The position numbers were made by a program, and so were the translations under genes. The notes under the pieces were generated by a model that saw only the letters and a list, made by a program, of their open reading frames with translations, did not search any database and had not been told where the DNA came from. From Octopus vulgaris (Eukaryota): a stretch of DNA of 64,000 nucleotides. Location of the stretch: NCBI GenBank assembly GCA_951406725.2, contig OX597830.1, positions 21,266,001 through 21,330,000 of the forward strand, given 5' to 3'. Positions 15,783 to 31,909 of the stretch are shown here, one piece after another. Numbering within the stretch: the first letter of the stretch is position 1; the number at the start of each line of letters is the position of its first letter.

Positions 15783-16833
15783 TTTCATGTGCTTAGGCCA
15801 CTTGCTAGAAACACTAGTCAAATCTCTTTCAAATTCCACCTCACTTTTTTCTTCTTTGCTTTTTTTAAAAAAAACTGACCGTGTCAGCTCCCAGGGGTGG
15901 GGCAAAGAAACTTTTGGTGTCTCCCCCTTAATTATCTACTCTGGGAAATTATGTGCCCTTTCACACCTGCGTCTGGGAGCAACAATCTCCTCCTCCTCCT
16001 ATCCTCATTCCCTTATTCTCCTCCTCCGCCTCCTCTTGTTCCTCCTCTTTCTACTTCTACCCCACCTCCTCCTCCCCTTCTCTTCCACCTCCTTCCCCTC
16101 TACCTTGGTATACTTCTACATGGACTCACTGGCTAATGTAGTCCTAGATATATATCTGAATAAAACATAAAAATATAAATGATGGGACAGTCATACTTGG
16201 AACGCTTTAGATCATAGACGCGCTTGATTACAACAGTAACTGTTTAACCGCTTCTCTCTCTCTCTTCCCTCTCTCTCTCCTCCCTCCCTATCTCCCACCC
16301 CCTCTCTCTCTTAATTGTTTTCAGAACACTTATTTCTCCTTTTCTCTATCTCCCTCTCTTTCCCCCACCCCTCCTACCTTCTCTCTCCCCATCTCTCTCT
16401 CTGCCTATATTATTAGAGACCCTTTATCAATACGGTTATGCTCTAGCTCACTGTTTCCCACAGGAAAGGGACCAGACCATCATTAGGGGTTTGAGGTGAC
16501 GGTGGTAGTGAGAGGTGAAAATGGCGACCAATTGGTGAAATTAATTTATCTCTCTCTTTTACACTTTTACTAGTTTCAGTCATCTGACTGTAGCCATGCT
16601 GGAGCACCGCCTGTAATCGAGCAAATCGACCCCAGGACTTATTCTTTGTAAGCCTAGTACTTATTCTATCGGCCTGTTTTGCCGAACCGCTTAGTTACGG
16701 GGACGAAAACACACCAGCACCGGTTGTCAAGCGATGTTGTTTTAGTCCAGCTGCATGGAACAACTTCTCTAGTACTGATAACTAATGCTGTCTTAAGACA
16801 TGGGAACACTTAGCAATTACCAAGAAGGCCCCA

Positions 16834-16890
<57 letters not shown>

Positions 16891-17004
16891 CAATATAACA
16901 AGTATATATATATATAAATGCGAAATAAGGTGGAAAAATAGTACTCGAACACCAGAGGTAGAGTAATATGCTTTATTGAAAAGCAGTAAAAATATCACAA
17001 AAAC

Positions 17005-17040
17005 TGTTACTCAGAGTTTCACGTTCCCGTCCGTCGGACA
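17005..17040 (-). ncRNA. compact hammerhead motif with mutated core
   Basis: Minus strand: tgt CCGACGG acg-ggaa-cgt GAAA ctc-t-gag TA aca. Confidence 0.6.
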
Positions 17041-17131
17041 CTTTTGTATGCATGTATTTGTGTAAAGAATAAAAGAAAAAGAAAAAGTAAATATATACAT
17101 ACATACATACATACATACACACACACACATA

Positions 17132-17650
17132 TATATTATATAAAATCCGTTCTGTCTGTCTGTCTGTGTGTATTCTAGGATCTCGGGCATCCTCCATCCG
17201 ATTGCGCTCAAATTTGTTATGAAGATACCGACGGTATCAGGGCGTGTATAAGTCTTGAAAAAATTGCAAAAATCGATTCCAGGTGAGAATGCGATCGATA
17301 AAGCCGTTTTTGTCCTGCTTTTCTTCCGTCAACCTGTACATAACTGCACCTTCCATTATTTGTTGTTTTTGTACTGTTTAAAGGCACGTTTCTTTCCTGC
17401 CAAGCTTACTGTTTAAACCATGTTTGTGTTCTCCCAGTTCAACAGCCTTATCATTACTGGTACTTTAAACTCTTCGTTTGCACATTTGTGCGAATAAAAT
17501 CGTTTTTCTTTGGAATAGAGAAAAAGTCAATCTTTATTTCTTCTTTTGCTGGTGTCTCAAATTTAGGTTAAATCAGTGTTTCACAGAGGGGAAGCCTATG
17601 GGACGGTCGGACAAGTTGTTTATACGAGCAAAACGGGGTGCGTTTGCTCG

Positions 17651-17651
<1 letters not shown>
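17132..17651 (+). mobile_element. non-autonomous Helitron/Helentron-like element
   Basis: 5' tataaaatccgtt-(ctgt)n and ccgattgcgctcaaatttg motif; 3' hairpin tatacgagcaaa..tttgctcgtata ending CTCGT; second copy at 48410-48710. Confidence 0.65.
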
Positions 17652-17719
<68 letters not shown>

Positions 17720-17723
<4 letters not shown>

Positions 17724-18021
17724 AGGCGCAATGGCCTAGTGGTTAGGGTAGCGGACACGCGGTCGTAGGATCGCGGTTTCGATTCCCAGACCAGGCGTTG
17801 TGAGTGTTTATTGAGCGAAAACACCTAAAAAGCTCCACGAGGCTCCGGCAGGGGGGTGGTGATCCCTGCCGTACTCTTTCACCACAACTTTCTCCCACTC
17901 TTTCTTCTGTTGGCCTGCTCGCTTAGCCAGCGGGGTGGCGTCATTTGAAGGCTAAAACAATGCGAACGCATTGTGACCAGCGATGTGTAACAACATTTGA
18001 TGGTCTGGTCGGTCACGTGAT

Positions 18022-18028
<7 letters not shown>
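17720..18028 (+). mobile_element. SINE family C (tRNA-like head, resembles octopus OR-type SINEs)
   Basis: A box TGGCCTAGTGG, B box GGTTTCGATTCC and shared body aaaagctccacgaggctccggca. Confidence 0.85.
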
Positions 18029-18072
<44 letters not shown>

Positions 18073-18255
18073 TCGTTAGCCACTACACACATTTTTTTCT
18101 CTCCCTGTTTCTCTCCTTGTTTTTTCCGTGTACCTTTCTGTAGAAGAGCGTAGGCTCGAAACGTAAAAGACTTTTTCTATTCCTGAGCGTTATACTAATA
18201 CATCTGTTTGTTTTGTACACCACCTGTCTTCGTCTTTTGTTTTTTTCTAAACTTT

Positions 18256-18295
<40 letters not shown>

Positions 18296-18582
18296 TATGA
18301 GAGAGTTACCACTATGTGGATAGCTCTAGTGCTAAAAATAGCTCCGTTCCTAGTATAGCCACAGAAAAGATGTTTCCAAGGAGAAATAACATTACACTTA
18401 ACGGAAGGAAAGTGAAATATAACGAAAAAATAGATTGACCCTGAACAATTGTTTCATTACTACTGTAATATGTAAATTTACTTACATAGACATCTATAAA
18501 TCATGGGCAGAGGTTTGTCTTAAATACAATTTCTTAGACCCTCACGAGCGTCAAATACACGTGCGGTTTAATCGATTGCATT

Positions 18583-18624
<42 letters not shown>

Positions 18625-19443
18625 TGTGTGTGTGTGTGTGTGTATAGGCCATTTCATCATGCTGAATTGTTATTCCCTGCACATTTTTCTCTTTCCCCGT
18701 TTTTTTTTCGTTCTCTCTCCACTTTTTTACTCTCAATCCTTTCTTTCGAAGAGAATAGGCTGGAAACGTCAAAGACTTTTCCATCCTTCCAGAGCATTAA
18801 ACTAATACATACACATGCTTGTTGCTTACCCGTCTTTGTCTTTTTGTTTTTTGCAACTTTGAGCTGTATATATATATATATATATATATTGCTTTCGAAC
18901 GGAATTTCTACATCAGTAAATGTATTTACTGTGAAAATCTTTAAATATAGCCTGCACAGAGAGTTATTCGTAGGAGAGCGGTGCCTGCCATGCGTTGATG
19001 ATCGCCTGGGGCTAAATGCATCAGTAACACCCCCACCGCCCTGCCCTGTCCCTAGCCACATTCAGATGGCTGATGTCCCTTATGTTATGGAGCAGTTACT
19101 GTTTATATCTCGTTTAGAGAATTATTATTGCCACATATTAGACGAGGTTCGTCGCAATAACAGTGTAGCACAAAACGGCGGTGCATCAGCATGGCCGCAG
19201 CTCTGAGCTGAAACTAGAATAAAACAAAAAATATATATATACATATATATGTGAACGTTTTTCATCAATAGTTGGCATGACCACATTTACCACGTTCTTA
19301 TCCTTTCTCACCGACGTTTCTAACTTCCTACGCGTTTCAACATCCATCTATCTTCTCCCATCTAAGAGTCAACAAGATCTTTTATTCAGAGACCGTTTAA
19401 ACATTTTCCTTTAATTTAATCATAAAAAATTGCCCGTAAATTT

Positions 19444-19700
19444 TCAAGGGGTTTCAAAATCCGGGTATTTCAAAGGGCTGTTGCAGCAATATATAATGTT
19501 TATCTGTTTAAGATCAAAATAATTCTGAGTGTACGAGGAAGTGTGCTTCGGGTCCTTATCTTGTTGGAATGCAAACATTCTAAAATTAAACCTTGTACAA
19601 GATTGAGATAAAAAGCTGGATGATATATCAATAAAGTGTATTACATTCATTGTGCCAACGATGAATGTGAACTTGGTCGAGCGCCCATAAAAGGTTATCA
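19444..19700 (-). pseudogene. Tc1 transposase DDE fragment
   Basis: GTMN...FAFQQDKDPKHTS...SPLKYPDF resembles FQQDNDPKHTS...WPSQSPDL. Confidence 0.75.
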
Positions 19701-20092
19701 ATAGAAAGGTGTGCATAGGTGCCAGTATGGTTGTGTGTTTACGAAGTTCGATTTTAAACCATGTGGGTTTGGTTTGGAGTTCGGTCCTACTGTAAGCTAT
19801 CTTGGGCAAGTGTCTTCTACTATAGCCTCTCGGGCCGACCAATGCCTTGTGAGTGAATTTAGCAGAGGGAAACTGTGTGAAAACCGGTCGTGCGAGTGGT
19901 GTATATGTCTGTGTGATGGGCCATGAACGTGTGGGCGATAAGGTATGTGTCTGTAAGAGACGCAGGATCCGGAAGAACCATATCGTGGGATTCTTGATGC
20001 GATTATAGTATATATGTGCGTGTATATTTAGATACATGCATATATATAGACACATGCAAATATTCAGAAATCTATAAAAATATACATACATC

Positions 20093-20165
<73 letters not shown>

Positions 20166-20174
20166 GTATATGTA

Positions 20175-21749
<1,575 letters not shown>

Positions 21750-22409
21750 CACATCAGTGCATATATACATAGTATATATATGCGCATATATATATTCATA
21801 TATATGTTATACATTCATATATAGATACGCACGCACACACACCCACACCCCACATCCACCCACACCCCACATCCACCCACACAGGTGCATGCACACGCAC
21901 ATATTTGTACATGTCGGATTCGGGTATACATGTATTTTAATAGGTGATAGAGCAGGAGGAGAAATAATGAGATGGATGTGGCTGGGGGGGGGGGAGAGGG
22001 CTCGATACAGTCGTGTGTGTGCACGTGTATGTTTGCGCGTGGGCGTGTGTGTGCGCGTGTGTGTGCGTATGTGTGTGCGTATAGGTGGAAGTGTGTAGTG
22101 TACAAATCTTGAAGAGGAGCGGGTTATTGTGGGTTACTTGTTAGAGGTGTTAGAGAAGAGTAGAGTGCCGCAAGGGTTTTCAGTCTGAAGTGTGTTGTGT
22201 GGTGCGGGGTAGGGTGGGGTGGAGTGTGGATAAGTGTGTGCGTGTGTGTGTGTGTGTGTGAGGGGGTGGTGGTGGAGAAGTAGGACACGTGACTCCACGT
22301 GACAAGAAACTAGTAAGTCTTGTGGCGTGGCTGACTTTGAAGATCGTCAGGATATTCCTTGTGAAGTGTCTAGAACAGCAGAAATTGGACAAGATACATA
22401 TATGCAGCA

Positions 22410-22418
22410 GCAGTAGTT

Positions 22419-22486
<68 letters not shown>

Positions 22487-22520
22487 GGTGGTGGTGGTGG
22501 TGGTGGTGGTGGTAGTAGTT

Positions 22521-22555
<35 letters not shown>

Positions 22556-22577
22556 TGTGGTGGTGGTGGTGGTGGTG

Positions 22578-22613
<36 letters not shown>

Positions 22614-22955
22614 GTCACCGTTGTCGTTGTTTTTGATGTTGAATCGGCAGAAGACAAGAGACTTGAAGACAGAAGACATTGGAATCGTAACCACCGCCAA
22701 GACCACCAACGCTTGCAGCGTCACAGTCACCTCCAAAACCACCACCACCACCACCACCACCATCACCACCACCACCACCACCACCACCACCACCACCACC
22801 ACCACCACCACCACCACCACCACCACCACCACCACCACCACCACCACCACCACCACCACCACCACCACCACCACCACCACCACAACCATCACCACCACCA
22901 CCACCACCACCACCACCACCACCACCACCATCACCACCATCACCACCACTACCAT
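22410..22955. repeat. (AGT)n/(GGT)n then (ACC)n trinucleotide arrays
   Basis: Direct reading; the GGT and ACC tracts are mutually complementary. Confidence 0.9.
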
Positions 22956-23169
22956 CAACGCAAGCGTCACTATAGTTAGCAACTTCTCCCCCACCACCAC
23001 AACTACCACTACCAACAGAATTACTAGCACCATCACCACCATCACAATCGCTACCAACAACACCCCCACCATATCATCACTTCCACCACCACCACCACCA
23101 TTACTACCTCAGCAGCAACAATGCAATCACCACCTTAATCACTAACAACTGCACGCCGTACAATTCCTA

Positions 23170-23820
23170 AGTCGGCGAGCTGGCTGAAACGTTAGCACGC
23201 CGGGCGAAATGCTCAGAGCTTTTTCGTCTGTCTTTACATTCTGAGTTCAAATTCTGCCGAGGTCGACTTTGCTTTTCATCCTTTCGGGGTCGATAAATTA
23301 AGTACCAGTTACGTACTGTGGTCGATCTAATCGACTGGCCCCCTACCCCAACATTTCGGGCCTTTTACCTAGAGGAGAAAAGAATCGTTAGTACGCCGGG
23401 CGAAATGCTTAGAGGTATTTGGTCTGTCATTACGTTCTGAGTTCAAATTCCGCTGTGGTCGACTTTGCCTTTCATCCTTTCGAAGTAGACAAAACAAGTA
23501 CCAGTTGAGCAATGGGGTCGATGCAATCGGACTTACCTCTCTTAACCCCGACCCCGAAACTGAGGCCCTGTGCCAAAATTTGAAACCAATACTAATCTTA
23601 TGCTAACCTTTCTACTGGCCTCACAAGGCCTCAAATTTGTGGGGAAGGGAGTAGTCGATTACATCGACCCCAGTACGCAACTGGTACTTAATTTATCAAC
23701 CCCGAAAGGATAAAAGGCGAAGTCGACCTCGGTGTAATTTGACCTCAGAACGTAGCGACGGGCGAAATGCCGCTAAGCATTGCGTCCGGCGTTCTAAAGT
23801 TTCTGCCAGCTCATCACCTT
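23170..23820. mobile_element. three SINE family B units (two +, one -)
   Basis: Meta-like domain at about 23270(+), 23465(+) and 23690(-). Confidence 0.85.
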
Positions 23821-26136
23821 ATACTAACCAGTAATAACAGCAGCAAACGCCACAACCACTACGGCAGCCACCCACGACCACTACAACGACCAACGTTAAC
23901 ATTGAAACTTATTAACAGTAGCGCGTAAGCACACATACACACGCATACACACATACGCACCCGCACTCACACACATACACACAACCACACACTTATACAC
24001 ACACACGCACACACTTACACACATGCATACACATAAAAACACACAAATACACACATGCGCACAAACACACATACACACACACACACATATACACACATAC
24101 TCACACACTGACACGCACACACAAATATGCCCACAGAAACACTCACACACACATACACCCTCACACACCCACACACACACCAGCAGTAGCAACACTTCCC
24201 CTATCACCAGCCAACAAGGACACCATTAAGTGGTCTCTCGATATGCTAGAAATCGCACCCTAATCTCCTTCACATCACGCGTTATCGTTTTAGAAAAGGA
24301 TGTGTTGAACAGTATTGTCTTCGGTTATCTGTATATGGTAAAAGATGGGATCGTCACGACCGGAATGCAGTTTGACCAAAGGTCTACCACACCAGAACCA
24401 CTAGAAATGCCATCATCACGCCACCACTACTGTCAAAGCTATCACTGCTATCGTCAGCACTACTACACATTCATACACACACACCACCACCACCACCACC
24501 ACCACCACCACCATCACCAAAACCACCAAAACCACCAGCACCGTCACCACTGCTACCACCATCACCACTACCACCACTACCACCATCACCATCACCATCA
24601 CCTCGACCACCACCGTTTTTACCACCACCATCATCATCACCACCACTATCACCTCCACTACCATCACTACCGCCATCACCATCACCATCACCACCACATC
24701 CACCACCAACGTCTTTACCATCACCACGATCATCACCACTACCATCATCTCCATCAACACCACCACCACTACCACCACCTCCACCACCACCATCACCTCT
24801 TCCACCACCACCTCCACCACCTCCACCACCACTACCACCAACACCAAAACCACCACCTCCACCACCTCCACCACCACCACCACCACCACCACCACCACCG
24901 CGTTTACCATCACCCCCATCATCACCGCCGCCACCATTTCCACTCCAAGACCATCATAAGACAAAGACACCATTTATAAGAGACAGGAAACGGCAGATTG
25001 TTTGTCGAAAAGTTCTACTGCAGTTTCAGATTGAACGTTGCGATAAAGACAGCTGCAGGGTTTTATACTGTTTGGGCTGGTGGTGGTGGTAGTGGAGGCG
25101 GAGGAGGAGGGGGGATGGTAGTGATGGTGGTGGAGGGCAGGATGGTTGTGGTAGTGGTGATGGTACCTGTGATGGTGTTGATGATGGTGGTGGTGATGTT
25201 ATTGGTGGTGGTGACAGTGGTGGTGGCGGTGGTTGAGGTGTGGGTGGTGGTTGGTGGTGGTGGTGGTGGTGGTGGTGGTGGTGATAGTGGAGGTTGTGGT
25301 GATGGTGATGGAAGTGGCGGTAAGTCGTCATCGTGATGGTGGTAGTGGTGGTGGTGGTGGCGGTTGTGGTGTTGGTGGTGGTGGTGGTTGAGGGTGGGTG
25401 GTGGTAGTGGTGGTGGCGGCAGCGGTATTTGTGGTGTGAGGAGGTGTTGGTAATTAATGTTTGTTATTGTTACTGATAGTTACACTTGCGGCGGCGGCGG
25501 CGGCGGTGGTGGTGGTTGTGGTGGTGGTGGTGGTGGTGGTGGTGGTGGTGGTGGTGGTGGTGGTGGTGGAGGTGGTGGTGGAGGTGGTGGTGGTGGTGGT
25601 GGTGGTGGTTATTGCTGCATTAGCTGTTTAGTCATATTGCTGTTGTTATTGTCCTTGTTATCGTTGTAAAAAAGTATTAATTTATAATTACATGGTTCCG
25701 AACATTGAGTTGCGGCCATGCTGGTGCATCACTTTCAAGGTAATTCTTTTTATTCGAAATTTATTTATCGAAATGTAAATTTTCCCAGAGTTACGCCCCC
25801 TTTCAAAAGAGTTACTCTCCCCGTTCTGGACTTATATACGACAATGTATTTACACCCAGTTACACATGTATGCGCAAATACAAACGCACACACACACACA
25901 CAAACATATATAAGTGCGTGTGTATAGCCAACAGTTGAGATTCGGAGATTCTCAGTATAGAAAACATTTAATAGCGCTCAAATTGTTCAAGCTTAAGACT
26001 CCGATATCTTCACAAGAGGATCAATTTCACGGGGTAAAGAAATGGCTATAAGAGGAATCAAATTGAACAGATGTGGAGACGATTATGCAGATAAACGAAT
26101 TAGATATATTAAATATAACGGTTTGGGTATGAAATA

Positions 26137-26702
26137 TTGGGTTGTCTGGAAAGTTCGTGTCGATTTTTAAGGAAAGATAAGGGTTAATAAATACTTGCCA
26201 TTACATTTTTAATCAACCAAATATGAACCATTTTGTTGCACAATGTGTCTCCATCATTCCCTTTAACTCGAAAATGCCCTCTTCCTAGAATTGAGGTGGT
26301 TTCATGGCAAAGAATTCATCAAGGTATCTTTTTACGTCATCCAAGGAATTGAAATTCTTACCATTAAGACTATTCTGCGGAGACCTGAATAAGTGGAAAT
26401 CCGAAGGAGCAATATCTGATGAATATGGAGGGTGGGGTAACACATCCCAGCCGAGCTGCAGCAATTTTTGTCTGGTTCCCAAAGCATCAACTGCCGAAAA
26501 TGAACTTTCTTATCTTCTATTTTAAAGAGTTACAGAATTAACACAGGTTATAGGAACATAAACCTTCTTCCATGAAAAGATAGCTTAAACTGTGCTCTAA
26601 ATGGAGGTGTAGTCAAATCCTATTTTATGGACTCAACCATGTTCTAAAATAAGTCGAAAGGTAAGCTACTATAAATCGGCATGAACTTTCCGGACAACCC
26701 AA
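26137..26702 (-). mobile_element. internally deleted mariner transposon
   Basis: TIRs ttgggttgtctggaaagttcgtgtcgattt / aaatcggcatgaactttccggacaacccaa with TA on both sides; encodes LPHPPYSSDIAPSDFHLF joined to N-terminal EDKKVHFRQLM. Confidence 0.92.
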
Positions 26703-26896
26703 TACAAAATCGATTGTTTTCCCTCCGTCTTCCTTTTCTATTGGACTTTCCTCTGTTTCTGAAGAAGCGCTTTGGTCAAAACGGTAAACCATCTTTTTCT
26801 CTTTCCCCGAGCGTCTGCTAATACTTTACATGCACCACGTTCTCGTGTTGTTATTTTTTGTGTTCGTTCTTGGTTTTTTGGGGGGTTGGGGGGTAC

Positions 26897-26954
<58 letters not shown>

Positions 26955-27063
26955 CAATACTGTATAGATAAATACATACATACATACGAGTTTATCATGG
27001 CTAGCAAATTGTCACATATATTTACAGATAAATTTTATTTAATATAATTTTTCATTTCTTGTT

Positions 27064-27127
<64 letters not shown>

Positions 27128-27129
27128 CA

Positions 27130-27703
27130 CAGACATGCAGGATGTAAATAGACACCTTTAATTTTCAAAATCTTTTTATTTGATATTAATTGGTTGAAGG
27201 AGAGGGTTTCTTCAAGCTGCTCGTCCATAATAACCAAAGTTATGCAGATATGTAACACATTTCTTGGACTAACTTCTAGCTATTTTGCAATGTCAGAAGC
27301 CTTCGAACGGCCTTCGTTTGCCACAATTCTCTTCAAACAGCGAAGCTTCCTTTCCGAAGGCCCAGGTCGGCCAGGATGAGAATCTGTTGATTCTTTTCCT
27401 TGGCTTATGAATTGCACTATAATTCTATTAACAGTAGCAAGAGGAATTTGAAGATTTTCGGCAATTTTTCGCTGGCTAAGACCAGCATCAGATTGTGCAA
27501 CAATACGACCTCTTTGAAAATCTGACAGTTCTGCTGAATGTTTTGTGCATGGCATGGTTACTCTTTGCAAATTTTTAATATAATGGCACCTGGAATGTAA
27601 AAGAATAATTGCATTGTAAATTCTGCACCGCTGAAAACGTATTAAGACGCTTAGATCAGAAATTTAGAAAATTAAAGGTGTCTATTTACTTCCTGCATGT
27701 GTG
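27130..27703 (-). mobile_element. internally deleted Tc1-like transposon
   Basis: About 37-bp TIRs (27130-27166, 27667-27703); HTH region ELSDFQRGRIV...GLSQRKIA...PGRP. Confidence 0.9.
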
Positions 27704-27730
27704 TGTACATATATATGTGTGTGTATGTGT

Positions 27731-27789
<59 letters not shown>

Positions 27790-28229
27790 TGTATGTATGT
27801 ATGTATGTATGTCTATATGTATGTATGTATGTGTGTATGTATGTATATATGCAAAACAAGAGAAACAAAAAGTGTGTGTATGTGTGTGTGTGTGTGTGTG
27901 GATGCGCCCGTCGCACAGTTACATTTACATACGATAGATGTCGCTTATTGCAATCACTTTGTGGATTTTTAAATTATAATCCTTTCTACTATAGGCTCAA
28001 GAACTAAAATTTTGTGAGAGGCACTTTATGGATTTATATCGACCCCAGTACACAGCTGGTGCTTATTTTATTAACCCCGAAAGGTGAAGTAGGCCTCGGT
28101 GGAATTTGAACCCAGAACCTAATGTGCCGGAAGAAATGTCGCTAGGTGTTTGTTCGACATGCTGACGATTTAGCCAGTTCGCCACCTAAGCCTTTTAGAC
28201 AATAGTGGTTTCAAATTCTTTTTTTTTTT

Positions 28230-28528
28230 TGTTCCTTCTCGAGCCATGCCTGGCTCATAAGGACCGGTTTCCTGGTTTCCTTGGCATATTGGTTCACCAC
28301 CTGGACGGGACGCTTGTCCGTCGCAGGTGAGCTGCTAGATGCAGGAGAAAAGAGTGAGAGAAAGTTGTGGTGAAAGGGTCAGCAGAAGTTCGCCATTACC
28401 TTCTGCTGGAGCCGCGTGGAGCTTAGGTGTTTCGCTCATAAACACACACATCACCCGGTCTGAGATTCGAACCCGCGAGCCCTCGACCGCGAGTCCGCTG
28501 CTCTAACCACTAGGCCATGTGCCTCCAC
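28230..28528 (-). mobile_element. SINE family C, flanked by family B copies (27980-28190, 28530-28693)
   Basis: Closely similar to 56172-56467 and 62710-63010. Confidence 0.85.
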
Positions 28529-29030
28529 AAATTTTGGCACAAGGAAAAGGATGAAGTCGATTACGTCGACTCCAGTGTTCAACTGGTACTTATTTTATCG
28601 ACCCCCAAAGGATGAAAGGCAAATTCGACCCTAGCAGAATTTGAACTCAGAACGTAAATACGTGCTTGCAACTCTGCCAGTTTGCTACCTTAGACTTTTA
28701 GACAATAATAACCAGCTGATAACATTAAGTATGTAACAATATCCTGAGCGTGTTTGGGGCCCCACTAATGTTTGGTGACAATAACTGTTTGATAACATTA
28801 TTTGTGATGATAATAAGCAGCCCTACCTCTCTCCCTCCACCTCTCACTCTCTCTCTCTCTGTCTACCGAAGTGGTGATGGTCGAAGACACTTGCCCAAGG
28901 TGCCATGGAATGGAATTGAACCCAAGATCAAGTAGTTGTGAAGTAAATTTCTCGATTATTAGTACCCTTAACGTTATCACTAATGTCCTTCCTACATTTT
29001 GTTGTTGCTCTTTTTTCGTTCTACATATTG

Positions 29031-29106
<76 letters not shown>

Positions 29107-29108
29107 CA

Positions 29109-29157
<49 letters not shown>

Positions 29158-29178
29158 CATTATTATTATTATTATTAT

Positions 29179-29663
29179 TCTATGTTTGACTTTTGCTTTA
29201 TGTCTGTACAAGTTGGCTCCAAGTCTCACCCAGAGACCTCAAGAGACAACAGGTTGGAAGTTCTGTGCCATATATTTGTTTTGTTTTTTTTTTTTTGGTG
29301 TTGTACTAGTGAATGTCTAATACATAAAAATAAAATAAAAAATAAAAAAATAAAATAAAATAAAATAAAATAAAATAAATAAATAAAAAAAGTTTGTTTT
29401 AAACCTTGGGATTACATAGAGAGTATTTTGCGTAGGATATGAGCAGTTCCCATGAGCACTATCTTTTGAATTTCTGCCATTTTGGGGTTTCCTGATATCT
29501 GAGTTAGGGAGCAATTAGTCCCTTTCGCTATCATTCCCAGGGCACCTATGACAACAGGTATTGTTTTAGTCTTCAGCTTCCACATTTTGCTGATTTCTAT
29601 TTCAAGATCTTTATATTTGCTCAGTTTTTGGTAGGTCTTGACAGACCTACTGTCAAGGTTCAC
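29179..29663 (-). mobile_element. 3' end of an RLE-type non-LTR retrotransposon (R4/Dong-like) within (AAT)n
   Basis: KLSKYKDLEIEISKMWKLKTKTIPVVIGALG...IQKIVLMGTAHILRKILS followed by a 3' UTR and (AAT)n. Confidence 0.85.
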
Positions 29664-29664
29664 C

Positions 29665-29765
<101 letters not shown>

Positions 29766-30176
29766 GTTATTGTTATTATTATTTTTGTTACCATTTCCTC
29801 TCTTAGTTTTCTTTATTGTTGTTCTTGTTCATGTTCACTGTTACTTGTTTCCGAATTTTATTTTTGTTAATTTTTGTTGTTGTAGCTGTTATTTTTCTCG
29901 CTTAAGTTCTGTTGTTGTTGTTGTTGTTGCTGCTGCTGCTGCCTCTGCTGTTGTCTTTGCTGTTGTTTAGCCCCAGGTCAACTCAGATTGAGTAGCCGTA
30001 TAACCAAGATCATCCCAACCACGACCAGTTCATCTGATTCAAATAACAGCACAGACTACAGATGCATGGCTTCATAAGCTAAGCAGTTCGGTCCTGTCCA
30101 CCGAACTAAAAACGACCCCTGTCCTCTGCAAAATGACAGATCGTAAACTATAAACCTCACAAAATCCTACAAACGC

Positions 30177-31009
30177 GGTACTATTTAAGAAGAGTGGTCC
30201 CGGTGCGCGCACTCGCGTACTCGTGCATCCACGCTAGCTAGACCTGGATAGACGATCCTACAACGACTGTAGGACTGAGTGCGCGTATGCAAATTAATAA
30301 ATGTTTTTTTTAAAACAATAGGTTTTTTTTTTTAAACAAAGTAAATTAATTTTTTGTCTGAAGAACGTAAATAATTTTTATTTAAACAAATTAAATAAAA
30401 ATAACGCACAACCTGTTTTTTGGATCCCCATCACACTCTTAAAACGTCGTTTTACGTTCTTCTAACAACTTTTAATCGAATTTGTATGAACATTTGTTAC
30501 CAGATCGACAAAATTTTCGGAATGGTTCACCTTGAAATGGGTGTATTTTGGTGTCACATCCATTTCAGTAATCCCATTGTACGCACTCAAAATTTATCTA
30601 CGTTGTTTGGAAAAAAAAATTATTTAGTTTATTTAGAAAAAATAATTTATTTACTGTGTTAAAAAAATATTATTTACTTTGTGTTTTTGTGTTTTATTTA
30701 CTTTGTTTTAAAAAATTATTTAGTTTGTGTAAAAAATTATTTATTTAAAAAAAATTATAAAAAAATTGAATTATATATTTTAAAAAATTATTTAAAAAAA
30801 AATTGAATTATTTATTTAAAAAATTATTTAAAAAAAATTAATTATTTATTTTAAAAAACCTTATTTGTTAAAAAAAAAACCCATCTATTAATTTGCATAC
30901 GCGCACTCGCGCTAGGTAGTCGTTGTAGGATCGACTAGTCACGACTAGCTAGCGCGGATGCGCGAGTATGCGAGTGCGCGCACCGGGACCACTCTTCTTA
31001 AATAGTACC
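30177..31009. mobile_element. Mutator-like foldback MITE
   Basis: GC-rich TIRs longer than 120 bp starting GGTACTATTTAAGAAGAGTGGTCCCGG; exact 9-bp TSD TACAAACGC at 30168-30176 and 31010-31018. Confidence 0.92.
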
Positions 31010-31836
31010 TACAAACGCCATATGTCTACAGCCCTTGATAACTACAGCGCGCAGACTGATAACGTAACGCAAAATCTATTCAAATATGTTCTTCCGTTTC
31101 AAGACGGTATGGTTTGAGATGGATTTGGCTGGTGTTTTTAGCAAGCGAGGTGAACACCTGGAAGCTTCCCCCGACGGCTCCAGATCTTGCTATCGCAGAC
31201 AATCAGCATTTTCCTCGGACACCGAGTATTTCATGTGTTTTTTGCTGCTGCCGCTACCACTGTTACCACCGCCGCCGTTGCTACTACTGCCAATGGTGAT
31301 AATGATGATACTAATCGTGCTTCTGTTGAATGAGGGAGGGAGGGAGGAGGGAGAAGGGAAGGGAGAAGGGAAGGGAGTAGGGAAGGGAGTAGGAGGGGGG
31401 AGGCGGATGAGAGATGCTGAAGATGAAAATCACGATGTGTTCCGAAAGACTGGCCAAACATAAAGACGCTATTGTACCTCCACTGTCTGGAGAGTTCCTT
31501 ACTCACTGCCAGCATACCTTGGTGATACTAACATGGTGGTGGTGGTGGTGGTGGTGGTGGTTGTGGTTGTCGTGGTAACGGTGGCGCTGGTGGTGGCAAT
31601 GGTGGTGTTAGTTATGGTGATGATGGTGGTGGTGGTGGTGGTGGTGGTGGTGGTGTTAGTGGGTAATGTTGGTATAGGTGTTGTTATTGTTGGTGGTAGT
31701 GTCGGCGTTGGTATTGGTGGTGTAGGTGGTAGTGCTATTAGCGCTGATGGCTAAGATATCAGCGTGATGTGATGACGGTGATGATAGTGCTGGTAGTAGT
31801 AGTAGCAGTAGCAGCAGCAGCAGCAGTAGTAGCAGT

Positions 31837-31909
<73 letters not shown>

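Noticed and set aside
17720-17795. tRNA genes (also at 9575-9630, 57002 and 58673)
   Set aside because: A and B boxes are present but there is no clean cloverleaf, and most run directly into SINE bodies.
31515-31755. Possible Pro/Thr-rich exon on the minus strand bounded by AG and GT
   Set aside because: Low-complexity ACC-derived sequence with a weak acceptor; it cannot be supported without transcript data.
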